This document shows positions 1-9,960 of a stretch of 62,684 bases of DNA, piece after piece. Below the pieces are notes generated by a model. It did no database searches. It was given only the letters and a program-made list of their open reading frames with translations, and had not been told where the DNA came from. The position numbers and the translations under genes are program-made. Source of the DNA: Bacteroidota bacterium (GTDB taxonomy: Bacteria; Bacteroidota; Bacteroidia; Bacteroidales; UBA12077); the NCBI GenBank assembly GCA_034189025.1, contig JAXHVS010000142.1, positions 66,147 to 128,830 of the forward strand, in the 5' to 3' direction. How positions within the stretch are numbered: position 1 is the stretch's first letter; each line of letters starts with the position of its first letter.

Positions 1-262
1 TTTCTTTATTTCTGATTCCTGCCAGCTCATCATCATTTAAATGGCTTACATCTTTACCATTTAAAATATATTTTCCACCGGTGGGTGTATCTAAACATCC
101 TAAAATATTCATTAAAGTTGATTTTCCAGAACCTGAGGGCCCCATAATCGCAACATATTCGTTACGGTTTATCGAAACAGAAACTGAGCGTAATGCTTTT
201 ATGGTCTCTGTGCCAACATGATAGTATTTAATTATTTCTTTAATATCAATAATCTTTTCCAT
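1..262 (-). CDS. ABC transporter ATP-binding protein (MacB/LolD-like), 5' part only; the gene continues past the window start
   Basis: Own reverse-strand translation from the ATG at 262 gives [72 protein letters not shown]..., with Walker [10 protein letters not shown]. It is absent from the ORF track because the window edge truncates it. Confidence 0.85.
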   Translation of the reverse strand, partial: MEKIIDIKEIIKYYHVGTETIKALRSVSVSINRNEYVAIMGPSGSGKSTLMNILGCLDTPTGGKYILNGKDVSHLNDDELAGIRNKE

Positions 263-333
263 AACCGGATTTATTTTATTTAAAAAGTGTTACGAATTTA
301 ATAATTCTTAAATTAAAACAATTCTTTTTTTTA

Positions 334-1209
334 TTAAAACTTAATTATATAATGGCCCTTGGTAATTTCCGGCCTAAAAAAAAGTATGCCCAAGCGGAAA
401 AGATCAATGCTCACACTTACTTTCTCATGTTTTTTTATCGTATTCCATGCATTTTCCATTTCGGACGACCAGTGGATGTCATCAAAAATAAATACAGAAT
501 TGTTGTGAGCTTTTTTAAGACACAAATGAAAGTAGCTTTCAGTAGCTTTCTGTGTATGATTCCCATCAAAAAAAATAAAATCCAGCGTAGTAAAATTTTT
601 TAAAATTTTAGGGACACCCGAATCAAAATCGCTACAAACAAATTTAATATTTTGTAATTGCTGTGCTCGAGTTAATTTTTGAGCAATTTGTATTTTTTCT
701 TTTACTCCTTCAATAGTTGTAAATTTTGATTCGGGTGCACCCTGAGCAATATATAAAGTACTTATACCTACCGAAGTGCCTATTTCAAGAATGTTTTCAG
801 GATTAAAATATTTTACCAGGCGATAAATAAGTCCACCATATTTTTTTGTAACGGATGAATTTCGAATGGTTTTGCCCTCTGTTGTTGATATTCTTTGTAT
901 GTTTCGATTGTTCCCATATTTTATCTTTGATTTTTTATGCTGGTGTGTTCCTGCTCCCTTCTCATCAAATATTAATGTATCTTTTGATTGCTTATATTTT
1001 TGATGCAAATTGATGATTTTAGCTAAATTATCATCAACTTTTTTATCATTAAAAACTTGGTTAATTAGGGCAAAAACAAAAGGAGAATGAATTCCATGGC
1101 CTTTCTTGTGTTTGGCAAAAATCTTATATTTTAGAAACTTTAATGCAAATAGTAATGACGAAAACATATAGGTTAAGATTATTAAAAAAGATGTATTATT
1201 GTATAGCAA
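334..1209 (-). CDS. class I SAM-dependent (O-)methyltransferase
   Basis: 291-aa ORF with SAM motif I ILEIGTSVGIST and downstream FFDGNH / IFDDIHW motifs. The ORF opens on TTG; the first ATG gives MFSSLLF, so the start is uncertain. Confidence 0.7.
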   Translation of the reverse strand: MLYNNTSFLIILTYMFSSLLFALKFLKYKIFAKHKKGHGIHSPFVFALINQVFNDKKVDDNLAKIINLHQKYKQSKDTLIFDEKGAGTHQHKKSKIKYGNNRNIQRISTTEGKTIRNSSVTKKYGGLIYRLVKYFNPENILEIGTSVGISTLYIAQGAPESKFTTIEGVKEKIQIAQKLTRAQQLQNIKFVCSDFDSGVPKILKNFTTLDFIFFDGNHTQKATESYFHLCLKKAHNNSVFIFDDIHWSSEMENAWNTIKKHEKVSVSIDLFRLGILFFRPEITKGHYIIKF

Positions 1210-1249
1210 AAATAAGATTTTAAACGGCCTAACTTTATGAAAGGCTAAT

Positions 1250-1257
1250 TATATTTG
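1250..1257 (+). promoter_or_regulatory. Bacteroidota-type -7 box TATATTTG upstream of recG
   Basis: Matches TAnnTTTG, 38 nt upstream of ATG 1295. Confidence 0.35.
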
Positions 1258-1294
1258 TATTTTTGTTTATTCATGATGTTTTTTTTATTTTTAT

Positions 1295-3400
1295 ATGCCT
1301 GATTTTTTACAACAAGAGATAAAATTTTTAACCGGCGTTGGCCCCAAAAGGGCAGAACTCCTGAACAAAGAATTAAAGATTTTTACATTTGAAGATTTGT
1401 TGTATTATTTTCCTTACAAATATATCGACCGTTCAAAATTTCATCAAATCAGCGATTTAAATCCCGAATTGCCACATATCCAATTAAAAGGAAAAATCAT
1501 TGGTTTCGAGCAAATAGGAGGTGGACGTAAAAAACGACTGGTAGCTTATTTTACTGATGGAACCGGAACTATTGAGTTGGTTTGGTTTAAAGGATTGAGT
1601 TATATTCAGAAAAGCTTAATGCTTAATAAAGAATATATTGTTTTTGGTAAACCCGGATATTTTGGAGGAAAATATAATGTTATTCATCCCGAGATTGAAG
1701 ATAACCTCAGAAATCAGAATGTTATTAAAGCTAAGTTACAGGCACATTACAGTACAACCGAAAAATTAAAAAAGAATTATTTACCATCCAGAGCCTTTGC
1801 AAAACTGATAAATAATTTGCTTTTACAGATTAAGAACAATATTAACGAAACGTTACCCAATTATTTAATTGAAAAGTATAAACTTATTTCTTTACAAGAT
1901 GCCCTTTTTAATATTCATTTCCCTCAAAACGCAGAAATTCTAAAAAAAGCCATTTATCGATTAAAATTTGAAGAGCTTTTTTATATTCAACTCAATATTC
2001 TTCAGAAGCGAAGTATTAGGTTAAATAAGTTTAACGGATTTGTTTTTTCAAAAGTTGGCAATTTCCTCAATCAGTTTTATGAAAGAAATTTACCCTTTGA
2101 GTTAACGAATGCCCAAAAGCGAGTATTAAAAGAAATCCGTAAAGATGTAGGATCAGGAAAGCAAATGAATCGCTTATTACAAGGCGACGTAGGAAGCGGA
2201 AAAACCTTGGTTGCTTTGATGAGTATGCTTATTGCGCTCGATAATGGATTTCAGGCTTGTATAATGGCCCCTACCGAAATATTGGCAAATCAGCATTTTG
2301 AAACATTAAAAAAATTTTTGGATGGTTTGCCTGTAAATGTGCAATTGCTAACCGGATCGACAAAGACAGCTGCCCGTAAAGAAATTCATGAACAACTTAT
2401 GAATGGCGAATTAAAAATTTTGATAGGAACCCATGCTTTGATTGAAGAAACGGTGAAGTTTAAAAACCTGGGACTGGTGGTAATCGACGAGCAGCATCGA
2501 TTTGGTGTAGTACAACGGGCAAAATTATGGAAAAAAAATCATCAACCACCACATGTGTTGGTAATGACAGCTACTCCTATTCCTCGTACTTTATCCATGA
2601 CCATTTATGGTGATTTGGATGTTTCCGTAATTGATGAATTGCCTCCCGGGCGGAAACCCATAAAAACAATTCATTTGTATGATTCGAAACGGTTACGGTT
2701 ATTTGGTTTTATGAGGCAACAGATTGAACAGGGACGTCAAATTTATATTGTTTATCCGTTGATAAAGGAATCGGAAAAAATGGATTACAAAGATTTAGAA
2801 GACGGATACGAAAGTATTTCCAGAGCATTTCCACCACCCAAATATGCTGTAAGCATTGTTCACGGGCAAATGAAGCCCGATGAAAAAGATGTTGCTATGA
2901 ATTTATTTGTTAAAGGCAAAACACATATTATGGTGGCTACAACTGTAATTGAGGTAGGTGTAGATATTCCTAATGCCAGTGTTATGGTGATTGAAAGTGC
3001 CGAAAGGTTTGGCTTATCACAATTACACCAATTGCGTGGAAGAGTAGGACGTGGTGCAGATCAGTCCTATTGTATCTTAATGACCGGTTATAAGCTATCT
3101 AACGAAGCCCGTAAAAGAATTGATATCATGACTAAATCCAATGATGGATTTGAAATTGCCGAAGCCGATTTGAAACTACGTGGCCCCGGCGATATTGAAG
3201 GAACCCAGCAAAGCGGCCTTGCTTTTGACCTTAAAATAGCAAACCTGGGGAAAGATGCTCAATTAATACAATATGTCCGTGATATTGCAGATAATATTTT
3301 AGATGATGATCCATGGTTAGAAAAGAATGAAAACCAGGTATTGAAAAAACAACTGAAGAAAATTGCACACAAAAAAATGGATTTTAGTATAATAAGTTAA
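1295..3400 (+). CDS. recG: ATP-dependent DNA helicase RecG
   Basis: 701 aa with an N-terminal wedge/OB region, Walker A GDVGSGKT, DEQHRFG, helicase C motifs QLHQLRGRVGRG and the TRG-like C-terminus. Confidence 0.95.
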   Translation: MPDFLQQEIKFLTGVGPKRAELLNKELKIFTFEDLLYYFPYKYIDRSKFHQISDLNPELPHIQLKGKIIGFEQIGGGRKKRLVAYFTDGTGTIELVWFKGLSYIQKSLMLNKEYIVFGKPGYFGGKYNVIHPEIEDNLRNQNVIKAKLQAHYSTTEKLKKNYLPSRAFAKLINNLLLQIKNNINETLPNYLIEKYKLISLQDALFNIHFPQNAEILKKAIYRLKFEELFYIQLNILQKRSIRLNKFNGFVFSKVGNFLNQFYERNLPFELTNAQKRVLKEIRKDVGSGKQMNRLLQGDVGSGKTLVALMSMLIALDNGFQACIMAPTEILANQHFETLKKFLDGLPVNVQLLTGSTKTAARKEIHEQLMNGELKILIGTHALIEETVKFKNLGLVVIDEQHRFGVVQRAKLWKKNHQPPHVLVMTATPIPRTLSMTIYGDLDVSVIDELPPGRKPIKTIHLYDSKRLRLFGFMRQQIEQGRQIYIVYPLIKESEKMDYKDLEDGYESISRAFPPPKYAVSIVHGQMKPDEKDVAMNLFVKGKTHIMVATTVIEVGVDIPNASVMVIESAERFGLSQLHQLRGRVGRGADQSYCILMTGYKLSNEARKRIDIMTKSNDGFEIAEADLKLRGPGDIEGTQQSGLAFDLKIANLGKDAQLIQYVRDIADNILDDDPWLEKNENQVLKKQLKKIAHKKMDFSIIS

Positions 3401-3403
3401 TGT

Positions 3404-4312
3404 ATGCGATTACATGTGGACTTAAAACAATTAAAAAATAAACGCATGAAAATTAGAAGTAATAAGAAGTTAGTTTTGAAAAGATTATATAAATACAAAT
3501 TATTCATTATTTGTTTTATTTTTGTTCTTTTGGTGGCAAACACAGTGAAATCTCAGAATTTTGAATGTGAGATTCAGAATAACGCTTTTCAAGCGGGCGA
3601 GAAACTTACTTATGTGATCACCTATAATTGGTTTTTGATTTGGACTGATGTTGCAGCCGTAGAGTTTGAAGTTTCCAATGAAAAAATGTTTGGCCAACAG
3701 GTTTTAAATTTAAAAGGTACCGGGGTTACCTTTTCGTTTTACGATTGGTTTTTTCAAGTACGTGATGTTTATCAGTCGTGGGTAAATCCTGATAATTTAT
3801 TACCTGTTTATTTTCATCGCGATGTAAATGAAGATGGTTATATTATTGATATTAAGTATCAGTTTGATCATAACCAACGGGTTGCTTATTCTGAAGTAGA
3901 GAAAACCAGAACCCCCTATTTTCGCGACACAGTTGAAATCCCCCCATGTACGTATGATGTAATTTCTGTTGTTTACCAGGCTCGCAATATCGATTTCACA
4001 AAATATGAAATTAATGAAAAAATACCCTTTAAGATATTACTTGATAATGAGATTCTTGAGGTGTTTATTCGATACAAAGGAAAAGAAGTTAGGAAAGTGC
4101 GTGGAGTAGGTAAGTTTAACTGTTTGAAATTTACAGGATCATTGGTGGCAGGAGATGTATTCAAGGGTGGCGAAGATTTAGTTATTTGGGTTACTGACGA
4201 TGAAAACCGTATTCCCATTTGGGCAGAAAGCCCTATTATTGTTGGAACTATTAAAGCACGATTGGTTGGTTATGAAGGATTAAAACATCCTTTAAAATCT
4301 TTGATACAATAA
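3404..4312 (+). CDS. DUF3108-like secreted protein
   Basis: 302-aa ORF. A signal-peptide-like segment follows the internal Met at 3446 (MKIRSNKKLVLKRLYKYKLFIICFIFVLLVANTVKSQ). The family call comes from overall resemblance to Bacteroidota DUF3108 proteins, from memory only. Confidence 0.55.
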   Translation: MRLHVDLKQLKNKRMKIRSNKKLVLKRLYKYKLFIICFIFVLLVANTVKSQNFECEIQNNAFQAGEKLTYVITYNWFLIWTDVAAVEFEVSNEKMFGQQVLNLKGTGVTFSFYDWFFQVRDVYQSWVNPDNLLPVYFHRDVNEDGYIIDIKYQFDHNQRVAYSEVEKTRTPYFRDTVEIPPCTYDVISVVYQARNIDFTKYEINEKIPFKILLDNEILEVFIRYKGKEVRKVRGVGKFNCLKFTGSLVAGDVFKGGEDLVIWVTDDENRIPIWAESPIIVGTIKARLVGYEGLKHPLKSLIQ

Positions 4313-4394
4313 AACCCGTTATTTATAATCAAACTAAATAAGTATTATCACGGTAAAAACTGACAAAAAGCAATTTTTAATTTTTAAATACCAT

Positions 4395-4402
4395 TATTTT
4401 TG
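4395..4402 (+). promoter_or_regulatory. Bacteroidota-type -7 box TATTTTTG upstream of rseC-rnf
   Basis: Matches TAnnTTTG, 30 nt upstream of ATG 4432. Confidence 0.4.
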
Positions 4403-4431
4403 TATCCGATTAGAAATTGAGAAAAATTCTG

Positions 4432-4854
4432 ATGTCAGATTCAAAATCAATCGAACACAAAGGCCGTATCGAGTCTATAAATGGCAATCAAATAAAAGTC
4501 CGGTTTTTAGCGCAATCGGCATGTGCATCCTGTCATGCTAAAGGATTCTGTTCTGCTGCCGATATGCAGGAAAAAATAGTCGATGTTTTTGATCAAACCA
4601 ATCAATACCAGGTAGGTGAAACTGTCAATATTGTTTTAAGACAATCCCTGGGATTTAAAGCCTTATGGTTAGGATATGTTTTACCATTTTTGTTGGTTTT
4701 ATCATTATTAATTATTTTAAGCATTACCACCAAAAATGAAATTATTTCGGGAGTTGGAGCTTTATTAGTTCTTGTTCCTTATTATACCATTTTATATTAC
4801 GCAAAAAACAATGTACAAAAACAATTTACATTTACATTACATAAAATAGATTAA
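4432..4854 (+). CDS. rseC: RseC/MucC-family (SoxR-reducing system) membrane protein preceding rnf
   Basis: N-terminal Cys motif CASCHAKGFC followed by two TM helices, located directly upstream of rnfB. The track ORF starts at TTG 4417; ATG 4432 (MSDSKSIEHKG) is preferred. Confidence 0.75.
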   Translation: MSDSKSIEHKGRIESINGNQIKVRFLAQSACASCHAKGFCSAADMQEKIVDVFDQTNQYQVGETVNIVLRQSLGFKALWLGYVLPFLLVLSLLIILSITTKNEIISGVGALLVLVPYYTILYYAKNNVQKQFTFTLHKID

Positions 4855-4865
4855 AAATCTGAAAC

Positions 4866-5777
4866 ATGAGTACAACCATTTTATTTACTATTATTTTACT
4901 TAGTGCGATTGGGGCAGGAGCTGCAATAATCTTATATTTTGTAGCTCAGAAATTTAAGGTTTATGAGGATCCACGAATCGGCCAGGTTGAAGAAGCCCTT
5001 CCTGCTGCAAATTGTGGCGGTTGTGGGTATCCAGGTTGTAGGGGGTTTGCCGAGGCATTAGTTAATGCCGACGATATTTCGGATTTATATTGTCCTGTAG
5101 GGGGGAATGAAACCATGGCTGCCGTTGCAAAAATATTAGGTAAGGAGGTTGAAGAAAAAGAACCATTAGTAGCTGTTGTTCGATGCTCGGGGTCGCCGGA
5201 ACATCGAAAACGTGTTAATCAATACGATGGAGCTTTTTCTTGTGCTATTTCTTCCAGTTTATATGCCGGCGAAACCGATTGTCAATATGGTTGCCTGGGA
5301 TTAGGCGATTGTGTTGATGCTTGCGATTTTGATGCCATTTATATGGACGAAAAAACAGGATTACCTGTTGTTATTGACGACAACTGTACTGCCTGTGGCG
5401 CATGTGTTAAAGCTTGCCCAAATGACATTATTGAGCTAAGAAAGAAAAATAAAAAAGATCGCAAAATTTTTGTTTCCTGTGTGAATCAGGATAAAGGAGG
5501 AATTGCAAGAAAAGCTTGTAAAGTTGCTTGTATTGGCTGTGGTAAATGTGTTAAAGTTTGCCCTTTTGATGCTATTACCATGGAAAATTTCCTTGCTTAC
5601 ATTGATCCTAATAAGTGTAAGTTATGCAGGAAATGTGTTTCTGAATGTCCTACTGAAGCAATCCTGGAGATCAATTTTCCACCACGGAAAGTGAAAGAAG
5701 ATACTAAGGATGCTAAATCGGAACCAAAAGAAGCATCTGAAAAAAGTAAAAATAAAACATCAACACAAAATAAATAA
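4866..5777 (+). CDS. rnfB: Rnf electron transport complex subunit B
   Basis: N-terminal TM helix, CGGCGYPGC motif, several 4Fe-4S motifs (CTACGACVKACP, CIGCGKCVKVCP, CKLCRKCVSECP), and position first in the rnf cluster. Confidence 0.92.
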   Translation: MSTTILFTIILLSAIGAGAAIILYFVAQKFKVYEDPRIGQVEEALPAANCGGCGYPGCRGFAEALVNADDISDLYCPVGGNETMAAVAKILGKEVEEKEPLVAVVRCSGSPEHRKRVNQYDGAFSCAISSSLYAGETDCQYGCLGLGDCVDACDFDAIYMDEKTGLPVVIDDNCTACGACVKACPNDIIELRKKNKKDRKIFVSCVNQDKGGIARKACKVACIGCGKCVKVCPFDAITMENFLAYIDPNKCKLCRKCVSECPTEAILEINFPPRKVKEDTKDAKSEPKEASEKSKNKTSTQNK

Positions 5778-5788
5778 GGAGGGATAAA

Positions 5789-7120
5789 GTGTTAAAAACA
5801 TTTGCAAAAGGCGGCGTTCATCCTGCAGAGAGTAAGTACTCAGCAAGCAGTGCTATTGAAAATTTGCCGCTTCCAAAAACAGTATCAATACCCATTGCCC
5901 AGCATATTGGTGCGCCCTCTAAACCTGTAGTCCAAAAAGGCGACAAGGTTAAGGTTGGGGATATAATTGCCGAAAGTGCAGGGTTTGTTTCTGCTAATAT
6001 TCATTCATCTGTATCTGGAACAGTATCGAAGATTGATAATGTTCTCGACTCTACAGGATATAAAAAACCTTGTATTATTATTGATGTAGAAGGCGATGAG
6101 TGGAATGAAAAAATTGACAAATCAACTGATTTGAAAAAAGAAATCAGTTTAACGGATAAAGAAATTATTCAGAAAATAAACCAGGCAGGAATTGTTGGAC
6201 TAGGAGGGGCAACGTTTCCTTCGCATGTTAAACTTTCTGTTCCTGACGGTAAAAAAATAGATGTATTAATTATTAATGGAGTCGAATGTGAACCTTACCT
6301 TACATCAGACCATCGCTTAATGCTTGAAAAAGCTGATGAAATGCTTGTGGGTATCCAGATTTTGATGAAAGCATTAAATGTAAACCGGTCAATAATTGGT
6401 ATTGAAAATAATAAAAAAGATGCGATTGATTATCTTTCTGGATTAATAAAAAACTATCCGGGAATTGAAGTTCAGCCATTAAAAGTGAAATATCCACAAG
6501 GGGGTGAAAAACAGCTGATAAAAGCATTGATTAATAGGGAGGTACCTTCTGGTGGATTGCCCCTTGATGTTGGAGCTGTAGTTCATAATGTAGGTACTGC
6601 TTATGCTGTTTACGAAGCGATACAAAAGAATAAACCATTGTTCGAACGGGTAGTAACTGTTACAGGTGAATCGGTAAAAAACCCGTCGAATTTTATGGTT
6701 CGTATTGGAACACCTGTAGCTGGCCTTATCGAGGCTGCTGGTGGTTTGCCTGAGAATACCGGTAAAGTAATTAGCGGTGGGCCAATGATGGGGAAAGCTT
6801 TAAATTCAATAGATGTGCCTGTTGTGAAAGGAACATCCGGAATTCTTATTTTACCTGAAGAAATGGCTGCGCGTAAAGCGGAAAGTAATTGTATCCGATG
6901 TGCCAAATGTGTTTCTGTATGTCCGCAAGGCCTTGAACCATATTTATTAAATAAGTTAACGCAACTAGAGAGAAATGATATACTGGAGCAAAACGGAGTA
7001 ATGGATTGTATTGAATGTGGGTCATGTGCATTTACATGTCCTGCAGGATTACCATTGCTTGACTATATCCGTTTAGGAAAATCCAGAGTAAGTCGAATCA
7101 TTAGATCAAGAAAACAATAA
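5789..7120 (+). CDS. rnfC: Rnf electron transport complex subunit C
   Basis: 443 aa with GLGGATFPSHVK, two C-terminal 4Fe-4S motifs (CIRCAKCVSVCP, CIECGSCAFTCP) and a GTG start preceded by GGAGGG. Confidence 0.93.
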   Translation: MLKTFAKGGVHPAESKYSASSAIENLPLPKTVSIPIAQHIGAPSKPVVQKGDKVKVGDIIAESAGFVSANIHSSVSGTVSKIDNVLDSTGYKKPCIIIDVEGDEWNEKIDKSTDLKKEISLTDKEIIQKINQAGIVGLGGATFPSHVKLSVPDGKKIDVLIINGVECEPYLTSDHRLMLEKADEMLVGIQILMKALNVNRSIIGIENNKKDAIDYLSGLIKNYPGIEVQPLKVKYPQGGEKQLIKALINREVPSGGLPLDVGAVVHNVGTAYAVYEAIQKNKPLFERVVTVTGESVKNPSNFMVRIGTPVAGLIEAAGGLPENTGKVISGGPMMGKALNSIDVPVVKGTSGILILPEEMAARKAESNCIRCAKCVSVCPQGLEPYLLNKLTQLERNDILEQNGVMDCIECGSCAFTCPAGLPLLDYIRLGKSRVSRIIRSRKQ

Positions 7121-8121
7121 TGAATAAATTATTAACCGTATCACCATCGCCTCATGTTTATGGGGATAAAACCGTAAAACGGCTGATGTTTGATGTAATT
7201 ATTGCCCTTTTACCCGCTTTAGCTTTTTCGATTTACTTTTTTGGCATGGGGGCAATTTATGTGACATTAACAGCCGTAGTTTCCTGTGTAGCTTTTGAAT
7301 GGCTCATTCAGAAGTATCTGCTCAAACAAGAACCTTCAATTTCTGATGGTTCTGCAATTTTAACCGGCCTTTTGTTAGCCTTTAATGTGCCGACAAACCT
7401 GCCGGTATGGATTATAATTATTGGTAGTTTAGTTGCCATCGGTATTGGAAAAATGTCCTTTGGCGGTTTAGGAAACAATCCTTTCAACCCAGCTTTGGTC
7501 GGACGTGTATTTCTTTTAATATCATTTCCGGTACAAATGACCAGCTGGCCTGTTCCTAATGGATTTAATACCGGTTATACCGATGCCGTAACCGGAGCAA
7601 CTCCTTTAGGAGTGATGAAAGAAGGGATTGACAAAGGAGATGCAGTATCTGATATAATGAGCCAGATACCAAGCCATATGGAAATGTTTTATGGGCATAT
7701 GGGAGGCTCAATGGGAGAAATTGCTGCCCTGGCATTACTTATTGGGTTTGCTTATTTACTGATTCGAAAAGTAATTACCTGGCATATTCCGGTTTCAATC
7801 ATTGCTACTATTACTGTATTTACAGGTATTTTGTGGTTGATTAATCCGGAAGCAAACGCTGATCCATTATTCCATTTATTAACCGGAGGAGTTTTATTGG
7901 GAGCTATATATATGGCCACAGATTATGTTACTTCACCCATGTCGGTGAAAGGAATGTGGATTTATGGTGTTGGAATTGGTGTAATTACGGTACTAATAAG
8001 GGTGTTTGGAGCATATCCTGAAGGTGTTTCATTTGCAATTTTAATAATGAATGCTTTTGTTCCTTTAATCAACGCGTATATAAAACCTAAACGTTTTGGA
8101 GAGGAGGTAAATAATGGCTAA
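7120..8121 (+). CDS. rnfD: Rnf electron transport complex subunit D
   Basis: 333-aa polytopic membrane protein with the NqrB/RnfD signature YMATDYVTSP. Its start overlaps the rnfC stop. Confidence 0.93.
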   Translation: MNKLLTVSPSPHVYGDKTVKRLMFDVIIALLPALAFSIYFFGMGAIYVTLTAVVSCVAFEWLIQKYLLKQEPSISDGSAILTGLLLAFNVPTNLPVWIIIIGSLVAIGIGKMSFGGLGNNPFNPALVGRVFLLISFPVQMTSWPVPNGFNTGYTDAVTGATPLGVMKEGIDKGDAVSDIMSQIPSHMEMFYGHMGGSMGEIAALALLIGFAYLLIRKVITWHIPVSIIATITVFTGILWLINPEANADPLFHLLTGGVLLGAIYMATDYVTSPMSVKGMWIYGVGIGVITVLIRVFGAYPEGVSFAILIMNAFVPLINAYIKPKRFGEEVNNG

Positions 8122-8692
8122 GAAAGAATCTAACTTCAAAAATATGGTGCTTACCCTGTTTATGGTAACATTTATAGCATCTGCTGCCTTAGGTTATATA
8201 TATGAAATAACCAAAGAACCTATTGCTGCCAGTAAACTGGCAAAACAAAATAATGCGATAAAAAAAGTGGTTCCAGAGTTTGATAATGAACCGGGAAAAG
8301 AGTCTTATAAAATGGGTGTTGATGGCGATACCCTGGAGTTTTTTCCTGCAAAAAACGAGGGCGAATTAGTGGGGACTGCTGTAAGTACTTTTACGAATAA
8401 AGGATTTGGTGGAAATATAAAAATAATGGTAGGGTTTTTGCCCGATGGGACCATTCATAATATTTCAGTACTCGAACATAAGGAAACTCCAGGATTAGGT
8501 GACAAAATGCAAAAGAATAAATCAGATTGGAGTATTCAATTTAATGGTAAAAATCCATCAGATTTTAAATTAAAAGTTACAAAAGATGGTGGTGATGTAG
8601 ATGCCATCACTGCTTCTACGATTACATCAAGAGCATTTTGCGATGCTATTGAACGTGCATATAACGCATATATGGAAGGAGGTAAAAAATGA
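8114..8692 (+). CDS. rnfG: Rnf electron transport complex subunit G (FMN-binding)
   Basis: 192 aa with one N-terminal TM helix and the FMN-attachment region DAITASTITSRA. Overlaps rnfD by 8 nt. Confidence 0.9.
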   Translation: MAKKESNFKNMVLTLFMVTFIASAALGYIYEITKEPIAASKLAKQNNAIKKVVPEFDNEPGKESYKMGVDGDTLEFFPAKNEGELVGTAVSTFTNKGFGGNIKIMVGFLPDGTIHNISVLEHKETPGLGDKMQKNKSDWSIQFNGKNPSDFKLKVTKDGGDVDAITASTITSRAFCDAIERAYNAYMEGGKK

Positions 8693-9276
8693 ATCAATGG
8701 AAAAATTTTAGTAAAGGTTTTTTCAAGGAAAATGCTGTCTTTGTATTATTTCTTGGATTATGTCCAACATTAGGAGTTACCACTTCGGCAATTAATGGAT
8801 TAGGAATGGGGCTGGCTACCACTTTTGTGTTGGTAATGTCAAATTTAGTCGTTTCTATTATTAAAAACCAGATTCCTGATAAAGTACGAATCCCTTCTTT
8901 TATTGTGATTATTGCTTCGTTTGTTACTATTGTGGAGTTAGTAATGCAAGCCTATTTGCCTTCATTATTTGAACAACTAGGCCTTTTTATTCCACTGATT
9001 GTGGTTAACTGTGTAGTATTAGGCCGCTCCGAAGCCTTTGCCTCAAAAAATAACGTTGGTTCTTCTGTTATTGACGGATTAGGTATGGGGCTTGGTTTTG
9101 CTATGGCCCTTACCATTCTTGGCAGCGTTCGGGAGATTCTTGGTAGTGGTTCAATTTTTGGTTTTAAATTTATCGAAGGTGATGGTATGCTTGTATTTGT
9201 TTTAGCACCCGGAGCATTTATCGCATTAGGCTATCTTATTGTCCTAATCAATAAAATCAATAAAAAAACGGCTTAA
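8689..9276 (+). CDS. rnfE: Rnf electron transport complex subunit E
   Basis: 195-aa membrane protein of the NqrD/RnfE type (LGLCPTLGVTT, IPLIVVNCVVLGR). ATGA overlap with rnfG. Confidence 0.92.
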   Translation: MNQWKNFSKGFFKENAVFVLFLGLCPTLGVTTSAINGLGMGLATTFVLVMSNLVVSIIKNQIPDKVRIPSFIVIIASFVTIVELVMQAYLPSLFEQLGLFIPLIVVNCVVLGRSEAFASKNNVGSSVIDGLGMGLGFAMALTILGSVREILGSGSIFGFKFIEGDGMLVFVLAPGAFIALGYLIVLINKINKKTA

Positions 9277-9286
9277 ATAAATTATT

Positions 9287-9859
9287 ATGGAATATATTAT
9301 TATCATCATATCGGCAATATTTGTAAATAATATTGTATTAGCGCAGTTCCTCGGGATTTGTCCTTTTATCGGCGTTTCGAGTAAAGTAGAAACATCGGTT
9401 GGAATGACCGGGGCAGTTACTTTTGTAATGGTTATTGCAACCATTGTGACCTATTTATTGCAGAATTATGTGTTGGTTCCGCTAGGAATTACTTTTATGC
9501 AAACCATTACGTTTATTTTAGTCATTGCATCGTTAGTTCAGTTAGTTGAAATTATGCTTAAGAAAGTAAGCCCATCGCTATACCAGGCACTTGGAATATT
9601 TTTACCGCTTATTACAACAAATTGTGCTGTTTTAGGTGTGGCTATTTTGGCTGTACAGAAAGATTATAATTTGCTCGAGAGTGTTGTATTTGCTATTGCC
9701 AATGCAATAGGTTTTGGCTTAGCTTTAATAACATTTGCAGGTTTACGTGAGCACCTTGATATGGTAAATATTCCTAAAGCAATGAAAGGTGTACCTATTG
9801 CCTTTGTTGTTGCAGGCTTATTAGCATTAGCATTTATGGGGTTTGCAGGGCTTGTATAA
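9287..9859 (+). CDS. rnfA: Rnf electron transport complex subunit A
   Basis: 190-aa membrane protein of the NqrE/RnfA type ([23 protein letters not shown]). Last gene before a terminator. Confidence 0.92.
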   Translation: MEYIIIIISAIFVNNIVLAQFLGICPFIGVSSKVETSVGMTGAVTFVMVIATIVTYLLQNYVLVPLGITFMQTITFILVIASLVQLVEIMLKKVSPSLYQALGIFLPLITTNCAVLGVAILAVQKDYNLLESVVFAIANAIGFGLALITFAGLREHLDMVNIPKAMKGVPIAFVVAGLLALAFMGFAGLV

Positions 9860-9883
9860 AATTTGTTCTTTAGATATTTCAGC

Positions 9884-9916
9884 AGAGCAGCTCTTTAGAG
9901 TTGCTCTATTTTTTTT
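9884..9916 (+). terminator. intrinsic terminator after rnfA
   Basis: Inverted repeat AGAGCAGCTCT..AGAGTTGCTCT (one G-U pair) followed by ATTTTTTTT. Confidence 0.7.
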
Positions 9917-9960
9917 ATTTCATGATTTTTTTTAAATTGCTTTAATAATTTATTCCTTAT

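Noticed and set aside
352-603. 83-aa plus-strand ORF
   Set aside because: It lies entirely antisense to the well-supported methyltransferase ORF and has low-complexity, Phe/Lys-rich composition typical of AT-rich antisense frames.
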